Source: an uncultured Dehalococcoidaceae bacterium (GTDB taxonomy: Bacteria; Chloroflexota; Dehalococcoidia; UBA2979). Taken from it: a stretch of DNA of 64,000 nucleotides. The position numbers and the translations under genes are program-made. Positions within the stretch are counted from its first letter, which is position 1; every line of letters begins with the position of its first letter. The notes beneath the pieces are model-generated. The model ran no database searches. It was not told where the DNA came from and worked only from the letters and a program-made list of their open reading frames with translations. Below are positions 36,225 through 45,572 of this stretch, in pieces. The DNA lies in the NCBI GenBank assembly GCA_964414675.1, contig CAYPYF010000002.1, positions 5,532 to 69,531 on the forward strand. The letters run 5' to 3'.

Positions 36225-36554
36225 CTAGGCCTGCTTCTGCGGGGTGCCACCGAGCGTGAGGGTCAATTCTTCGTCGTCCAGGTGGACCCGGAGTTCGAGT
36301 TCACCGCCGAGCGCCTCGATGTAGTTCCGGAGTGTCGACAGACGGAGGTCGTCACCGTTCTCGATCTTCGACACCGCCGGTTGGCGGACGTGAAGGCGCT
36401 CGGCCAGTTCCTGCTGGGAGAGGGTCCGGCGGTGTCGCAGGTCGTGCAGTGCGATGTCGACGAGGTTCTCCTGCTTGAGCCGCGCCATCCGTTCCGCCGC
36501 CCCGGGGCGTGCTAGGACCTGCTCCTGGAGTACCCGAAAATTCTTCTTGGCCAT
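36225..36554 (-). CDS. higA: XRE-family antitoxin (HigA-like)
   Basis: MAKKNFRVLQEQ...LRHRRTLSQQELAERLHVRQPAVSKIENGDDLRLSTLRNYIEALGGELELRV is the typical partner of Gp49/HigB-type toxins. Confidence 0.8.
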   Translation of the reverse strand: MAKKNFRVLQEQVLARPGAAERMARLKQENLVDIALHDLRHRRTLSQQELAERLHVRQPAVSKIENGDDLRLSTLRNYIEALGGELELRVHLDDEELTLTLGGTPQKQA

Positions 36555-36903
36555 GCTCGTTCCCCAGGAGTTCCGCAAGGTGTTCATCGAAGAGGTCATC
36601 AGCAGCAGGGATCGCGGTCCGATACCAGGATGTCCACTGCCCGGACTTGTCGCCGCCTAGAAGCAAGATCGCTGTGCGACGAGGATCGAAGGCGAACAAG
36701 ACTCGGAGTGCTCCTCCGCGGGATATCCGGAGTTCTTTCATGTTGTGGTGGCGTGACCCCTTGATCTGGTCGACCAAGGGACGCCCGAGCGATGGGCCGT
36801 GCTCGATCAGCAACTGCACCCCGCTGCTCAGGGCTTCTTGCTGATCGTGAGTGAGGTCCGCCCACCATTGCTCGAACTCGTCCGTGAACTCCACGTCCCA
36901 CAC
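36352..36903 (-). CDS. higB: RelE/ParE-superfamily (Gp49/HigB-like) toxin, ORF abnormally extended into the antitoxin gene
   Basis: MWDVEFTDEFEQWW...KELRISRGGALRVLFAFDPRRTAILLLGGDKSGQW...WY. GTG start at 36901-36903. The frame stays open 203 nt past the antitoxin ATG. Confidence 0.7.
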   Translation of the reverse strand: MWDVEFTDEFEQWWADLTHDQQEALSSGVQLLIEHGPSLGRPLVDQIKGSRHHNMKELRISRGGALRVLFAFDPRRTAILLLGGDKSGQWTSWYRTAIPAADDLFDEHLAELLGNEHGQEEFSGTPGAGPSTPRGGGTDGAAQAGEPRRHRTARPATPPDPLPAGTGRAPSRPPTGGVEDRER

Positions 36904-36907
36904 GGTC

Positions 36908-36936
36908 AGTATTCCTTTTCAGGAATGATTCGTCAA
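36908..36936 (-). promoter_or_regulatory. candidate TA promoter and operator, possibly leaderless
   Basis: On the minus strand: TTGACG (36936-36931), a 17-nt spacer, AATACT (36913-36908), then 4 nt and the GTG. The palindrome ATTCCT-TTTC-AGGAAT (36911-36926) spans the spacer and the -10. Confidence 0.4.
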
Positions 36937-36963
36937 ATGGAATATCACGCGACCTGCTAGACG

Positions 36964-37767
36964 CTAATAGTGGATCGCGCGCGGCGCGCCACCGCCCGCG
37001 GCGATCGTGTCCCCGTTGAGGGCGATCGAGCGCGGCGACGCGAGCATCGTGACGACGTAGGCGATGTCCTCCGCGTCGATGATCCGGCGCACCGAGTTGC
37101 CCTCCGCCATCCGCTGCGCAATCTCCTCGGGCGCGACGTTCGAGGCCTGCGCGCGCCGCGCGATGACGCCCTCGGTTGCCTCCGTGCGGGTGAGGCCGGG
37201 GTGGACGACGGTGGCGTTGATGCCGTGTGGGCCGAGTTCGTCGGCGAGGTTCTTCGTCATCGCCGCCACCGCGACGTTCCGCATCGAGCCGATCGTGGAG
37301 CCGGCCTGCCGTGCCGCGAGGCCGGAGATGTTGATGATGCGGCCCCACCCCGATGCCTTCATGTGCGGTGCCACCTGCTGCGCGCAGCGCAGGTAGCCCA
37401 TCACCTTCACGTTCATGTCCGGCCAGAAGTGCGTGTCGGCCTCGATCTGTTCGAACGAGGGCACCGGCCCCTGTCCACCGGCCTGCGCCGCGCAGTTCAC
37501 GAGGATGTCCACGCCGCCGAGGTCGGCGACGGCGCGCTCGACCATCGCCCGCACCGAGTCGTCGTCACCGGTGTCGGCCGGGATCGCGACGATGTGCTGG
37601 CCGGTCGCCTCCGCGATCTCGGCGGCAGCGGCCTCCAGCGGCTCGGCGCTTCGGGCGACGAGCGCCACGTTCACACCCTCGGCGGCGAGGGCGCGCGCGA
37701 CCGCCTTGCCGATCCCTCGACTCCCGCCGGTCACAATCGCGCGCTTGCCGGCCAGTTGCAGGTCCAT
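36964..37767 (-). CDS. SDR family oxidoreductase
   Basis: TGGSRGIGKAVA cofactor motif. 267 aa. Confidence 0.9.
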   Translation of the reverse strand: MDLQLAGKRAIVTGGSRGIGKAVARALAAEGVNVALVARSAEPLEAAAAEIAEATGQHIVAIPADTGDDDSVRAMVERAVADLGGVDILVNCAAQAGGQGPVPSFEQIEADTHFWPDMNVKVMGYLRCAQQVAPHMKASGWGRIINISGLAARQAGSTIGSMRNVAVAAMTKNLADELGPHGINATVVHPGLTRTEATEGVIARRAQASNVAPEEIAQRMAEGNSVRRIIDAEDIAYVVTMLASPRSIALNGDTIAAGGGAPRAIHY

Positions 37768-37943
37768 GGGCGTGTCCCTCCAGAGGCGGCCGCGAGGGCG
37801 ACCGAGACGCGCAGCCTATGACGCCCGCGGGCGCCCGTCAGACCTCGACCCGTCCGCGGTGGTCCGGGTGCCATCCCTGAACGAGAAACGATCACGCTTC
37901 ACCTATCCTCGTAGCGCTCTCACCTGTACACGGAGGTACTGGC

Positions 37944-38312
37944 ATGGCGAACCCGATCGTCCACTTCGAGATCATGGGCAACCAGGAGCAGAAGGCGCAG
38001 TTGCAGGCCTTCTACCGCGACACCTTCGACTGGGAGATCCAGCCGACGGGCGACATGCAGTACGGCATGATCATCAAGCCCGAGGGTGAAGACGGCCCTG
38101 GCGGCGCCGTCGACGGTTCACCGGAAGGCGCTGGCGTCGTCATCTACGTCGGGTCGGACGACATCCACGCGGCGCTCGCGAAGGCGAAGGCGAACGGCGC
38201 CGAGGTGCTGGTGGACGTCACGACGATCCCCGGCATGGTCACGTTCGCGCAGTTCCGCGATCCGGCCGGCAACGTCGTTGGGATCGTCGATAACCAGATG
38301 CCCGAGGCCTAG
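37944..38312 (+). CDS. VOC (glyoxalase/bleomycin resistance) family protein
   Basis: MANPIVHFEIMG...FAQFRDPAGNVVGIV. GGAGG lies 7 nt upstream. Confidence 0.85.
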   Translation: MANPIVHFEIMGNQEQKAQLQAFYRDTFDWEIQPTGDMQYGMIIKPEGEDGPGGAVDGSPEGAGVVIYVGSDDIHAALAKAKANGAEVLVDVTTIPGMVTFAQFRDPAGNVVGIVDNQMPEA

Positions 38313-38333
38313 CCGGCCCCGGCACGCCTCGCG

Positions 38334-39236
38334 CTAGACCTCGTGCGCGGCGTGCCGCTCCAGCGCCTCGCGGATGAGCCGCGCACCGAGCGAGGGCGTC
38401 TCGAGGGCGAAGAAGTGGCCGCGGCCCGTCACCAGTTCGTCCGTCCCGTGGGCGAAGTGCTGGTAGACGCCCGGCCAGGTCTGCGATGGCGTCCAGCCGG
38501 GTGGGTCGTCATCCATGCGGCGTTCGGCCCGCGCGACGTGGACCGGCACGTCGACGGCGCGGATCGCCTCGTACACCCGGGGCGACATCCCGCCCCAGAC
38601 CATCCCCTCGAACGCCGGTGGGCACGCGAGCACGTAGCTGCCCTCCGTCGGTTCGAGGCCGAACGTGCAGTAGTCATGCAGTACCTCGCGGTCCCATGCC
38701 TCGAACGGTGGGCGGGACACGAGCCGCTCGAACATCTCGTCCGCCGAGGTCCACTCGTTCCGCCGCCGCGACACGGGACGCGCCTCCTCCGGTGTCGTCT
38801 CCGCAACCGCGGCCGTCACCGGATCACCCACCGTCGGGTCCAGGAGCAGCAACGCCCCGAAGCGCTCCGGCGCCGCCTCCGCCGCGAAGATCATCGAGTG
38901 CCCCGCCATCGAGTGCCCCACGCCGAGGGCGGGCGGCAGGTTGAGGATGCGCATCACCTCGGCGACCTCGCGCCCGTAATCGTCCCACCACACCTGTCGT
39001 CCCTCGGGCAGCGGTGGGTTCTCGGACGCGCCGTGCCCCGAGAGGTCGAGGGCGAACACCCACGTCGAGGCGGGTAGCTCCGCGATCACGCGGTCCCACG
39101 TCCGCCCGTGGAGGCCAATCCCATGCACCAGGATCACCGGCGGCCCGGCAGGTGCACCTTCGGGCGCCCACTCCCACGCGACGAGATCGAGCCCGTCCAC
39201 CTCGACGTGTCGTTCGACGGGCTCCCGTCCGGTCAC
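38334..39236 (-). CDS. alpha/beta hydrolase
   Basis: PVILVHGIGLHGRTWD and GHSMAGHS elbow. The GTG at 39234-39236 overlaps the upstream stop (GTGA). Confidence 0.75.
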   Translation of the reverse strand: MTGREPVERHVEVDGLDLVAWEWAPEGAPAGPPVILVHGIGLHGRTWDRVIAELPASTWVFALDLSGHGASENPPLPEGRQVWWDDYGREVAEVMRILNLPPALGVGHSMAGHSMIFAAEAAPERFGALLLLDPTVGDPVTAAVAETTPEEARPVSRRRNEWTSADEMFERLVSRPPFEAWDREVLHDYCTFGLEPTEGSYVLACPPAFEGMVWGGMSPRVYEAIRAVDVPVHVARAERRMDDDPPGWTPSQTWPGVYQHFAHGTDELVTGRGHFFALETPSLGARLIREALERHAAHEV

Positions 39237-39685
39237 GCCGAGCGTAGCCGTGGGTCGACCTCGGCCTGCGGAGCGCCGTCGAGGATGGCGCGGGCAAACC
39301 CGGCCCGGTCGGCGGGGGACACGAGGGCGAAGCCGCCGCCCCGGCGGTCGATGCGGATGCGGTCCAGCGAGAGCGCCGGGCTCGCGAGTGGGTTCCTCGA
39401 GGGCTGGACGCGCGTGATCTGTTCGAGGGGAATGCGCGTCCGGACGAAGCCGTACCGGATGAGCAACTCGCCGTTGCCGACCTCGTACCGCACGGGCCAG
39501 ACCACGCCGACGTAGAGCACGGCGATCACGAGGACGGTGATCCAGCCGATGAGCGCAGCTCCCGTGTCGCCGCTCAGCGTTCCTGCGATCGCCGTGCCGG
39601 CGGAGATCAGCGGGACGCTCGCGACGATGATCGCGAGCCACCAGTCGACCTTCGAGGGGAACAGCTGCGTCGTCGTGCTAGTCAT
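39233..39685 (-). CDS. membrane-anchored bacterial PH (bPH_2-like) domain protein
   Basis: Two N-terminal TM helices followed by VRYEVGNGELLIRYGFVRTRIPLEQI...LSLDRIRI. Confidence 0.7.
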   Translation of the reverse strand: MTSTTTQLFPSKVDWWLAIIVASVPLISAGTAIAGTLSGDTGAALIGWITVLVIAVLYVGVVWPVRYEVGNGELLIRYGFVRTRIPLEQITRVQPSRNPLASPALSLDRIRIDRRGGGFALVSPADRAGFARAILDGAPQAEVDPRLRSA

Positions 39686-42600
39686 CGGCAGCCACCATAG
39701 CGGAGGTGGTCTCGGGGAGCCCGTCGACGAACGTCACAAGGCGTCCTCGCTGCGCGGGGATCCGGTCGCCGGGGAGGAGCGCGCCGGTCAGGTTCACCGG
39801 GTCCACGGCGCTCACGGTGATGCGCGTGCCGTCGTGGGGCTCGCGGCGGACCTCACGCAGGAGGGTGACCGCCTCCGGCAGCGCATACTGCTCGCCGGCG
39901 ACCCCGATGACGAAGCGGCCGCCGCGGATCACCCCGCGGGCTTCGAGGCGGCGGAGCGCGCGCATCACGTAGCGCCAGGGGATCGTGAACGACTCGCGGA
40001 GCGCGAGGTCCCGGAACACGACCCCGTACCGGGCGAGGAGGGTGTGCGCCACGGCCTCGGCGACGTTGTCCTCGAACTCGTCGCGCCACTCGGAGACGCC
40101 CGGCGCACGCACGAGCGACCAGCGTCCCGGCGGGCCGCCCCCGGCGAACATGCCGCCCCGGAGGTAGTTGCTGCCTCCCCGCGGTGCGCGCCGGCGGTGC
40201 CGGTCACGGGAGCGACTGCCGCCCGCGATCTCGCGCAATCCCTGGAACCCGTCCGAGGCCACCCAGCCGCCGGCAATCAGTTCGCGCAGCCCCTGCTCGA
40301 CATCGGTCACGAGCCGACGGGTCTCCGTCACGATCTCGTCAAAGAACAGCGCGCCCCGCGTCTTGAGGAGGGCCGCGATCTCGCCCGCCGCGCCAGCGGT
40401 CGGCAGCGGCGCGTCGCCGCCGCCCCAGCCGTCCGCGTACCCGCGGGTTGCCGCGAGGTGCATCGCGAAGGTCGTGCGCGGCATCAGCGTCACGGGCGTG
40501 GCGCGCGTCGCCGCGCTGCCGAGTCGTGCGCCGTCCTCGGTGGCCCCGCGACGCGGCGTGAGCCGCGCCCACGCGACCTCGCCCGCGAGGCACAGCTCGT
40601 CGAGCCATGACGCGTGGTACTCGGCCAGGCGACCGCGCAGCAGGTCCGACTCCCACGTGCTTGCGGGCGCCTCGAACCCTGCCAGCCGCTCGATGGCGGC
40701 GCGCAGGCCGCCGCGGCCCTCCAGCGGTGCGCGCGGATCGAGGTGCTGCCAGCGCAGCAGAAAGCGCATGTAGTCCTGCTTCGCAACCGGGTCGATCTCC
40801 TTGCGGAGCCGGTCCAGCGTGTAGCGGTGGATGCGCGCGAGCAGGCGGCGGTCGCACCACTCGTCGCCGACCCCGCCGATGGCGGTCGTTGCCGCCGCCT
40901 CCGGAGAGAACCGCCCGCGCAGCACGAACCCCTGCGCCTCCAGCATCACGAGCCCATGCTCGACGTCCGTCACGCCGAGGGCGACCCGCTCCGCGAGTTC
41001 CTCGGCGGTCGTGACGCCGGCGATCTCCATGTGGCCGCGTAGCAGCCGCATCCGCGCCGCCTCGCGGTGCTCGCAGGGCAGTTGCGCGCGCGCCGGGACA
41101 TCGACCGCGGGCATCGGTGCGCCCTCGTAGAGGAATCGCACGGCGGCGACCTGCTCGACCGGGAACCAGATCCGCGAGTCGCCGGTCTCGATGGCGGCGG
41201 CACGTCCGGCGGCGCGGAGTTCCTCAAGCCAGTCGGTCCAGTCTCCGTCCGAGGTGGCGACGGCACGCTCGTCGATGGCGACCACGCCGAGGAGCGTGTC
41301 GTGCACCTCCTCGGCGGAACGCGGCTGCGGCCACGCCTCGTCGGCGACAGCCGCGATGGCGTCCGCGTCGAGCGCGGCGAGGTCGCGCGCGTTCTCCCGC
41401 AGCCCTCGGCGCAGCGTGATCGCGCGGGTACGGCGCTCCTCGATCGGCGCGTCGTCGAGGTAGGTGTACGGCTTGCCGGTGATGATCTCGTGCGCCATCG
41501 GCGAGGGCTCCACGGTGTCCTTCGCGTGGTAGCGGATCTCGCCCGCCTCGACGCGTTCGAGGACGTGCCGGAGGTTCTCGACGTCCATCGCCTCGAAGAG
41601 GCAGTCGCGCATCGTCTGCTGCATGAGCGGGTGGTCGGGCAGCGTCAGCGGTTCCGTCATGTGCTCCTGGCAGCCCACCTGCTCCGGAAACACCGCCGCC
41701 ATCAGGTCGTCAGCGCGCATGCGCTGGATGAACGGCGGCACCCACTTGCCGCCGCGCATCCTCGGCACCGCGAGGGCGCGCGTGGCGTTCCAGCGCCACC
41801 GCGTCGGGAACATCGGGATGTAGAACACGGACGAGTGCACGGACTCCTCGACGTTCGCGGGCCGCACCCACTCGAACGCCTCTTCGAGGGGCCACGAATG
41901 CTGCGGGCCGGACGAGAGGAGGATCGCGTCGTCGTTCGCGGCGGCCTGGAGCTCGAAGTCGAACGCGACGCAGAAGCGCTTCCGCAGCGCGAGCCCCCAC
42001 GCGCGGTTGATGCGCATTCCGAAGGGCGCGTGCACGACGAGCTGCATCCCCCCGGAGTCGTCGAAGAACCGCTCGAAGACGACATCCGTGTCCGAGGGCA
42101 CTACGCCGAGGCCGTCCCGCGTCGCGCGCAGGTACTCGACCATCTGCTCGGCCCCTGTCCGGGAGACCGCGCCTTCCTCGGCGACCCACTCGACGAGGGC
42201 GTCTCCACCGTCGTCGAGCCGCGCGGCGATGTCGCGCCGCAGCCGCCCGACCTCCTCGGAGAGTTCGAGGGTGCGGCCGGGCGCCTCGCCGAGCCAGAAC
42301 GGCACGGTCGGCGGCGCGCCACCGGCGTCCGTGACGTGCACGGTGTTCACGCCGAGGCGGGAGATGCGCCAGGAGGTGGAACCGAGCAGGAAGATGTCGC
42401 CGCTCTGCGACTCCATCGCGAAGTCCTCGTTCACGGTCCCCACGAAGACGCCGTCTGGGTCGGCGACGACGCGGTAGTCGCCGAGTTCCGGGATCGTGCC
42501 GCCGTTCTGGATCGCCGTGAGCCGTGCCGCGCGCCTCGGACGGAGCATGCCGTTGATGCGGTCGCGGTGCACGAGGGGAGCCGCCCGCCCCGCGCCCTCG

Positions 42601-43997
42601 CCGATGCCGGTCGCCAGCATCTCCACGATCTCGTCGAACGATTCGCGCGTGAGGTCCGCGAATGGCGCCGCACGCCGCACGAGCGCGTACAGGTCGTCCT
42701 CGCTCCAGTCCTCGCACGCCACCTCCGCGACGATCTGCTGCGCGAGGACGTCGAGGGGCGCCACCGGCTGGTAGATCCGGTCGAGGCGGCCGCCCCGCAC
42801 AGCGCGGACGAGGGCGGCGCATTCGATCAGCTCGTCACGCGTCGTCGGGAACAGGCGACCATGCGGACGCAGCCCGAGCGCGTGGCCGGACCGTCCGACG
42901 CGCTGGAGAAACGTCGCGATCCCCCTCGGCGTCCCGACCTGGCACACGAGGTCGATGCTGCCGACGTCGATGCCGAGCTCCAGCGAGGCGGTCGCAACGA
43001 GCGCCTTCAGGTCGCCCGCCTTCAGCCGCTGCTCCACACGCAGCCGTCGCTCCTTCGAGAGCGATCCGTGGTGGCTCGCGATCGCGTCCTCGCCAAGGCG
43101 TTCCGCGAGCTTGTGCGCGATCCGCTCGGACTGCGCCCGCGTGTTCACGAAGACGAGCGTCGTCTTGTGCTCGACGATCAGCGCCGCGAGCCGATCGTAC
43201 AGCTCGCCCATCTGCTCCTTCGGCGCGACCGCCTCGAGGTCGCTCGGGGGCACCTCGATGTGCAGTTCGAGGTCGCGCTGGTGGCCCAGGTCGAGCACCT
43301 CGCACGGCCGCCCCGCGCCCACCAGGAAGCGCGCGATCTCCTCGATCGGTCGCTGCGTGGCGGAGAGCCCGACGCGCTGGGGCACCTCACCGCGCTCGCT
43401 GCGGATCGCGTGGTCGATCCGTTCGAGGGTGAGCGTGAGGTGGGAGCCACGCCGGTCGCGGGCCAGTGCATGGATCTCGTCGACGATCACGGTGCGCACC
43501 GTCCGCAGCCGGAGACGGGCGCGCTCGGAGGTCGCCATCAGGTAGAGCGACTCCGGCGTGGTGATCAGGATGTGCGGCGGACGTCGGACGATCGCCTGGC
43601 GCTCCGACTGGGGTGTATCGCCCGACCGGACCGCGGTGGTGATTGGTGCGAGCGTGTAGCCGAGTTCCTCGGCGGTCGCGCGGATCTCCTCGAGCGGTGT
43701 CTCGAGGTTTCGCTCGATGTCGTTTCCCAGCGCCTTCAGCGGCGAGACATACAGGATGCGGATCTCGTCCGGGAGTGCGCCGTGCTCGGCCTCGCGTACG
43801 AGGGCATCGATCCCCATGAGGAACGCCGACAGGGTCTTGCCCGACCCGGTCGGCGCGGCGAGGAGGACGTCGCGCCCGTCCGCGATCGCGGGCCAGCCCG
43901 CGGCCTGCGCGTCCGTGGGCGCTCCGAAGCGCCGCACGAACCAGGTGCGCACGGCGGGGTGCAGGCGGTCGAGGACGGATGGTTCGAGGTCGTTCAT
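39678..43997 (-). CDS. lhr: large ATP-dependent DEAD/DEAH-box helicase Lhr
   Basis: APTGSGKT (motif I) and VIVDEIHAL (motif II). About 1440 aa with a long Lhr-type C-terminal extension. ATG at 43995-43997. Confidence 0.9.
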   Translation of the reverse strand: MNDLEPSVLDRLHPAVRTWFVRRFGAPTDAQAAGWPAIADGRDVLLAAPTGSGKTLSAFLMGIDALVREAEHGALPDEIRILYVSPLKALGNDIERNLETPLEEIRATAEELGYTLAPITTAVRSGDTPQSERQAIVRRPPHILITTPESLYLMATSERARLRLRTVRTVIVDEIHALARDRRGSHLTLTLERIDHAIRSERGEVPQRVGLSATQRPIEEIARFLVGAGRPCEVLDLGHQRDLELHIEVPPSDLEAVAPKEQMGELYDRLAALIVEHKTTLVFVNTRAQSERIAHKLAERLGEDAIASHHGSLSKERRLRVEQRLKAGDLKALVATASLELGIDVGSIDLVCQVGTPRGIATFLQRVGRSGHALGLRPHGRLFPTTRDELIECAALVRAVRGGRLDRIYQPVAPLDVLAQQIVAEVACEDWSEDDLYALVRRAAPFADLTRESFDEIVEMLATGIGEGAGRAAPLVHRDRINGMLRPRRAARLTAIQNGGTIPELGDYRVVADPDGVFVGTVNEDFAMESQSGDIFLLGSTSWRISRLGVNTVHVTDAGGAPPTVPFWLGEAPGRTLELSEEVGRLRRDIAARLDDGGDALVEWVAEEGAVSRTGAEQMVEYLRATRDGLGVVPSDTDVVFERFFDDSGGMQLVVHAPFGMRINRAWGLALRKRFCVAFDFELQAAANDDAILLSSGPQHSWPLEEAFEWVRPANVEESVHSSVFYIPMFPTRWRWNATRALAVPRMRGGKWVPPFIQRMRADDLMAAVFPEQVGCQEHMTEPLTLPDHPLMQQTMRDCLFEAMDVENLRHVLERVEAGEIRYHAKDTVEPSPMAHEIITGKPYTYLDDAPIEERRTRAITLRRGLRENARDLAALDADAIAAVADEAWPQPRSAEEVHDTLLGVVAIDERAVATSDGDWTDWLEELRAAGRAAAIETGDSRIWFPVEQVAAVRFLYEGAPMPAVDVPARAQLPCEHREAARMRLLRGHMEIAGVTTAEELAERVALGVTDVEHGLVMLEAQGFVLRGRFSPEAAATTAIGGVGDEWCDRRLLARIHRYTLDRLRKEIDPVAKQDYMRFLLRWQHLDPRAPLEGRGGLRAAIERLAGFEAPASTWESDLLRGRLAEYHASWLDELCLAGEVAWARLTPRRGATEDGARLGSAATRATPVTLMPRTTFAMHLAATRGYADGWGGGDAPLPTAGAAGEIAALLKTRGALFFDEIVTETRRLVTDVEQGLRELIAGGWVASDGFQGLREIAGGSRSRDRHRRRAPRGGSNYLRGGMFAGGGPPGRWSLVRAPGVSEWRDEFEDNVAEAVAHTLLARYGVVFRDLALRESFTIPWRYVMRALRRLEARGVIRGGRFVIGVAGEQYALPEAVTLLREVRREPHDGTRITVSAVDPVNLTGALLPGDRIPAQRGRLVTFVDGLPETTSAMVAADD

Positions 43998-44085
43998 GCT
44001 CTCGCAGGACGCAGGGCTACGATGGAAGGACCCACCCGCGCCTCCGGAAGCCCGCTGGACGGGCTCGGGAGTGCGAGGATCCTCG

Positions 44086-44481
44086 ATGCGTCGCCTCTCC
44101 ATTCTAGCCCTGCTTGTGTGCGCCCTCGCCGTCTTTGGTGGCACCCCGCCGTCGGTCGCGAGCGCCGACGAGGGCGATCCGGGCGATTTCTGCTCGTACT
44201 CGCCGGACTACCCCTTTGGCTGGTCCTTCAACGAAGCATGTCGCGGACACGACACCTGCATCGCCGGCCTGCCAACCGGGGTGACGCTCCTCGACCGGCT
44301 CGGGTGCGACGACTCGTTACTCGACGACCTGCTGGCAGCGCCGCACCTCTCGCTCCAGGCAGCGTGCGAGGACAGCGCGATCTGCTCGCTGCTCGCGAGG
44401 GTTTACTACCGCGTCGTCCGTTACGTGACGCTGGTGTCGTGGGGAGCCGTCGAGCTCCCGACGGCGCGGTCGCCCGGGTGA
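44086..44481 (+). CDS. secreted prokaryotic phospholipase A2-like protein
   Basis: Signal peptide MRRLSILALLVCALAVFGGTPPSVASA. CSYSPDYPFGWSFNEACRGHDTC parallels the Streptomyces PLA2 core (CSxAPDNPFGFxFxxACxRHD), recalled from memory. Confidence 0.55.
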   Translation: MRRLSILALLVCALAVFGGTPPSVASADEGDPGDFCSYSPDYPFGWSFNEACRGHDTCIAGLPTGVTLLDRLGCDDSLLDDLLAAPHLSLQAACEDSAICSLLARVYYRVVRYVTLVSWGAVELPTARSPG

Positions 44482-44551
44482 CTCGTCTCTGGCGTGCGTG
44501 GTAAGAACGGCGACATAGCCCCCAGCCGCGGTCGCACGTGAGGATCACCCC

Positions 44552-45469
44552 ATGCCGCTCGACCCCCTCGCCGTCCAGTTCCTCGAGGCGTCGGCGACGA
44601 TCCAGCCGCCGATGTGGCAGCTCCCCGCTCCCGAGGCGCGCGCACGCCGCGTGCTGCCGCCGCCCGGTCCCGACGTGCACGAGGTGATGGACATGGAGGC
44701 GGCCGGCCCCGACGGGCCGATCCCCGTCCGCATCTACTGGCCCCGCGAGTCGGACGGGCCGATGCCCGCGCTGGTCTGGTACCACGGCGGTGGCTGGACC
44801 ATCGGCAGCATCGACGGCGCCGACGCGACCTGTCGCCGCCTCGCCACGCTCGCGGACTGCATCGTGATCAGTGTGGACTACCGCCTCGGCCCGGAGGCCC
44901 CGTTCCCCGCCGCCGTCGACGACGCCTACGCGATCGCGGTCTGGGCCGTGCAGAACGCGCCGAGGATGAACATCGACCCGGCGCGGGTTGCCGTCGGTGG
45001 CGACTCGGCCGGCGGCAACCTCTCGGCCGTGGTGTGCCAGCTCCTCCGCGACCGGGGCGGCCCCACCCTCGCGCACCAGCTCCTGGTCTACCCCGCCACG
45101 GACGCCGCCTGCGACACCAAGTCGTACCAGGACAACGCGCCGTACGTGCTGACGCCGGAGGTCATGGGCTGGTTCTACAACAACTACTGCCCGCCGGAGG
45201 TCGACCGGCTCCAGCCGCGCGTCTCACCCCTCCGCGCCGAGAGCTTGGCCGGCCTCCCCTCGGCCACGATCGTCACCGCCGAGTTCGATCCGCTCCGTGA
45301 CGAGGGGATGGCCTACGCGGACGCCCTCGCCGCTGCCGGTGTGCCCGTGCAGGCGAAGTGCTACGACGGCCAGATCCACACGTTCTTCGTGAACGCGCAC
45401 TACTTCCCGGTCGGCATGGAGTCTGTCCAGTGGGCCGCCGGCCACCTGAAGGCCGCCTTCGCGACGTAG
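44552..45469 (+). CDS. alpha/beta hydrolase, hormone-sensitive-lipase-like esterase
   Basis: HGGGW oxyanion motif, GDSAGGNL nucleophile, and C-terminal DPLRDEG. Confidence 0.9.
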   Translation: MPLDPLAVQFLEASATIQPPMWQLPAPEARARRVLPPPGPDVHEVMDMEAAGPDGPIPVRIYWPRESDGPMPALVWYHGGGWTIGSIDGADATCRRLATLADCIVISVDYRLGPEAPFPAAVDDAYAIAVWAVQNAPRMNIDPARVAVGGDSAGGNLSAVVCQLLRDRGGPTLAHQLLVYPATDAACDTKSYQDNAPYVLTPEVMGWFYNNYCPPEVDRLQPRVSPLRAESLAGLPSATIVTAEFDPLRDEGMAYADALAAAGVPVQAKCYDGQIHTFFVNAHYFPVGMESVQWAAGHLKAAFAT

Positions 45470-45572
45470 CCAGCGAGGACACGCCGCAGCATCCGCTCGC
45501 CCGTGACTTGTCCTCGGCGGTTGTCGTTGCGAGACTGGCGGCCTGCGGGACACGCAGCACAGGGAGGCCTCC

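Noticed and set aside
41067-44504. 1145-aa plus-strand ORF
   Set aside because: It is antisense to lhr, which has clear helicase motifs. Its composition is low-complexity Arg/Gly/Asp. Only its last 131 codons, from the ATG at 44086, look like a real (PLA2-like) gene.
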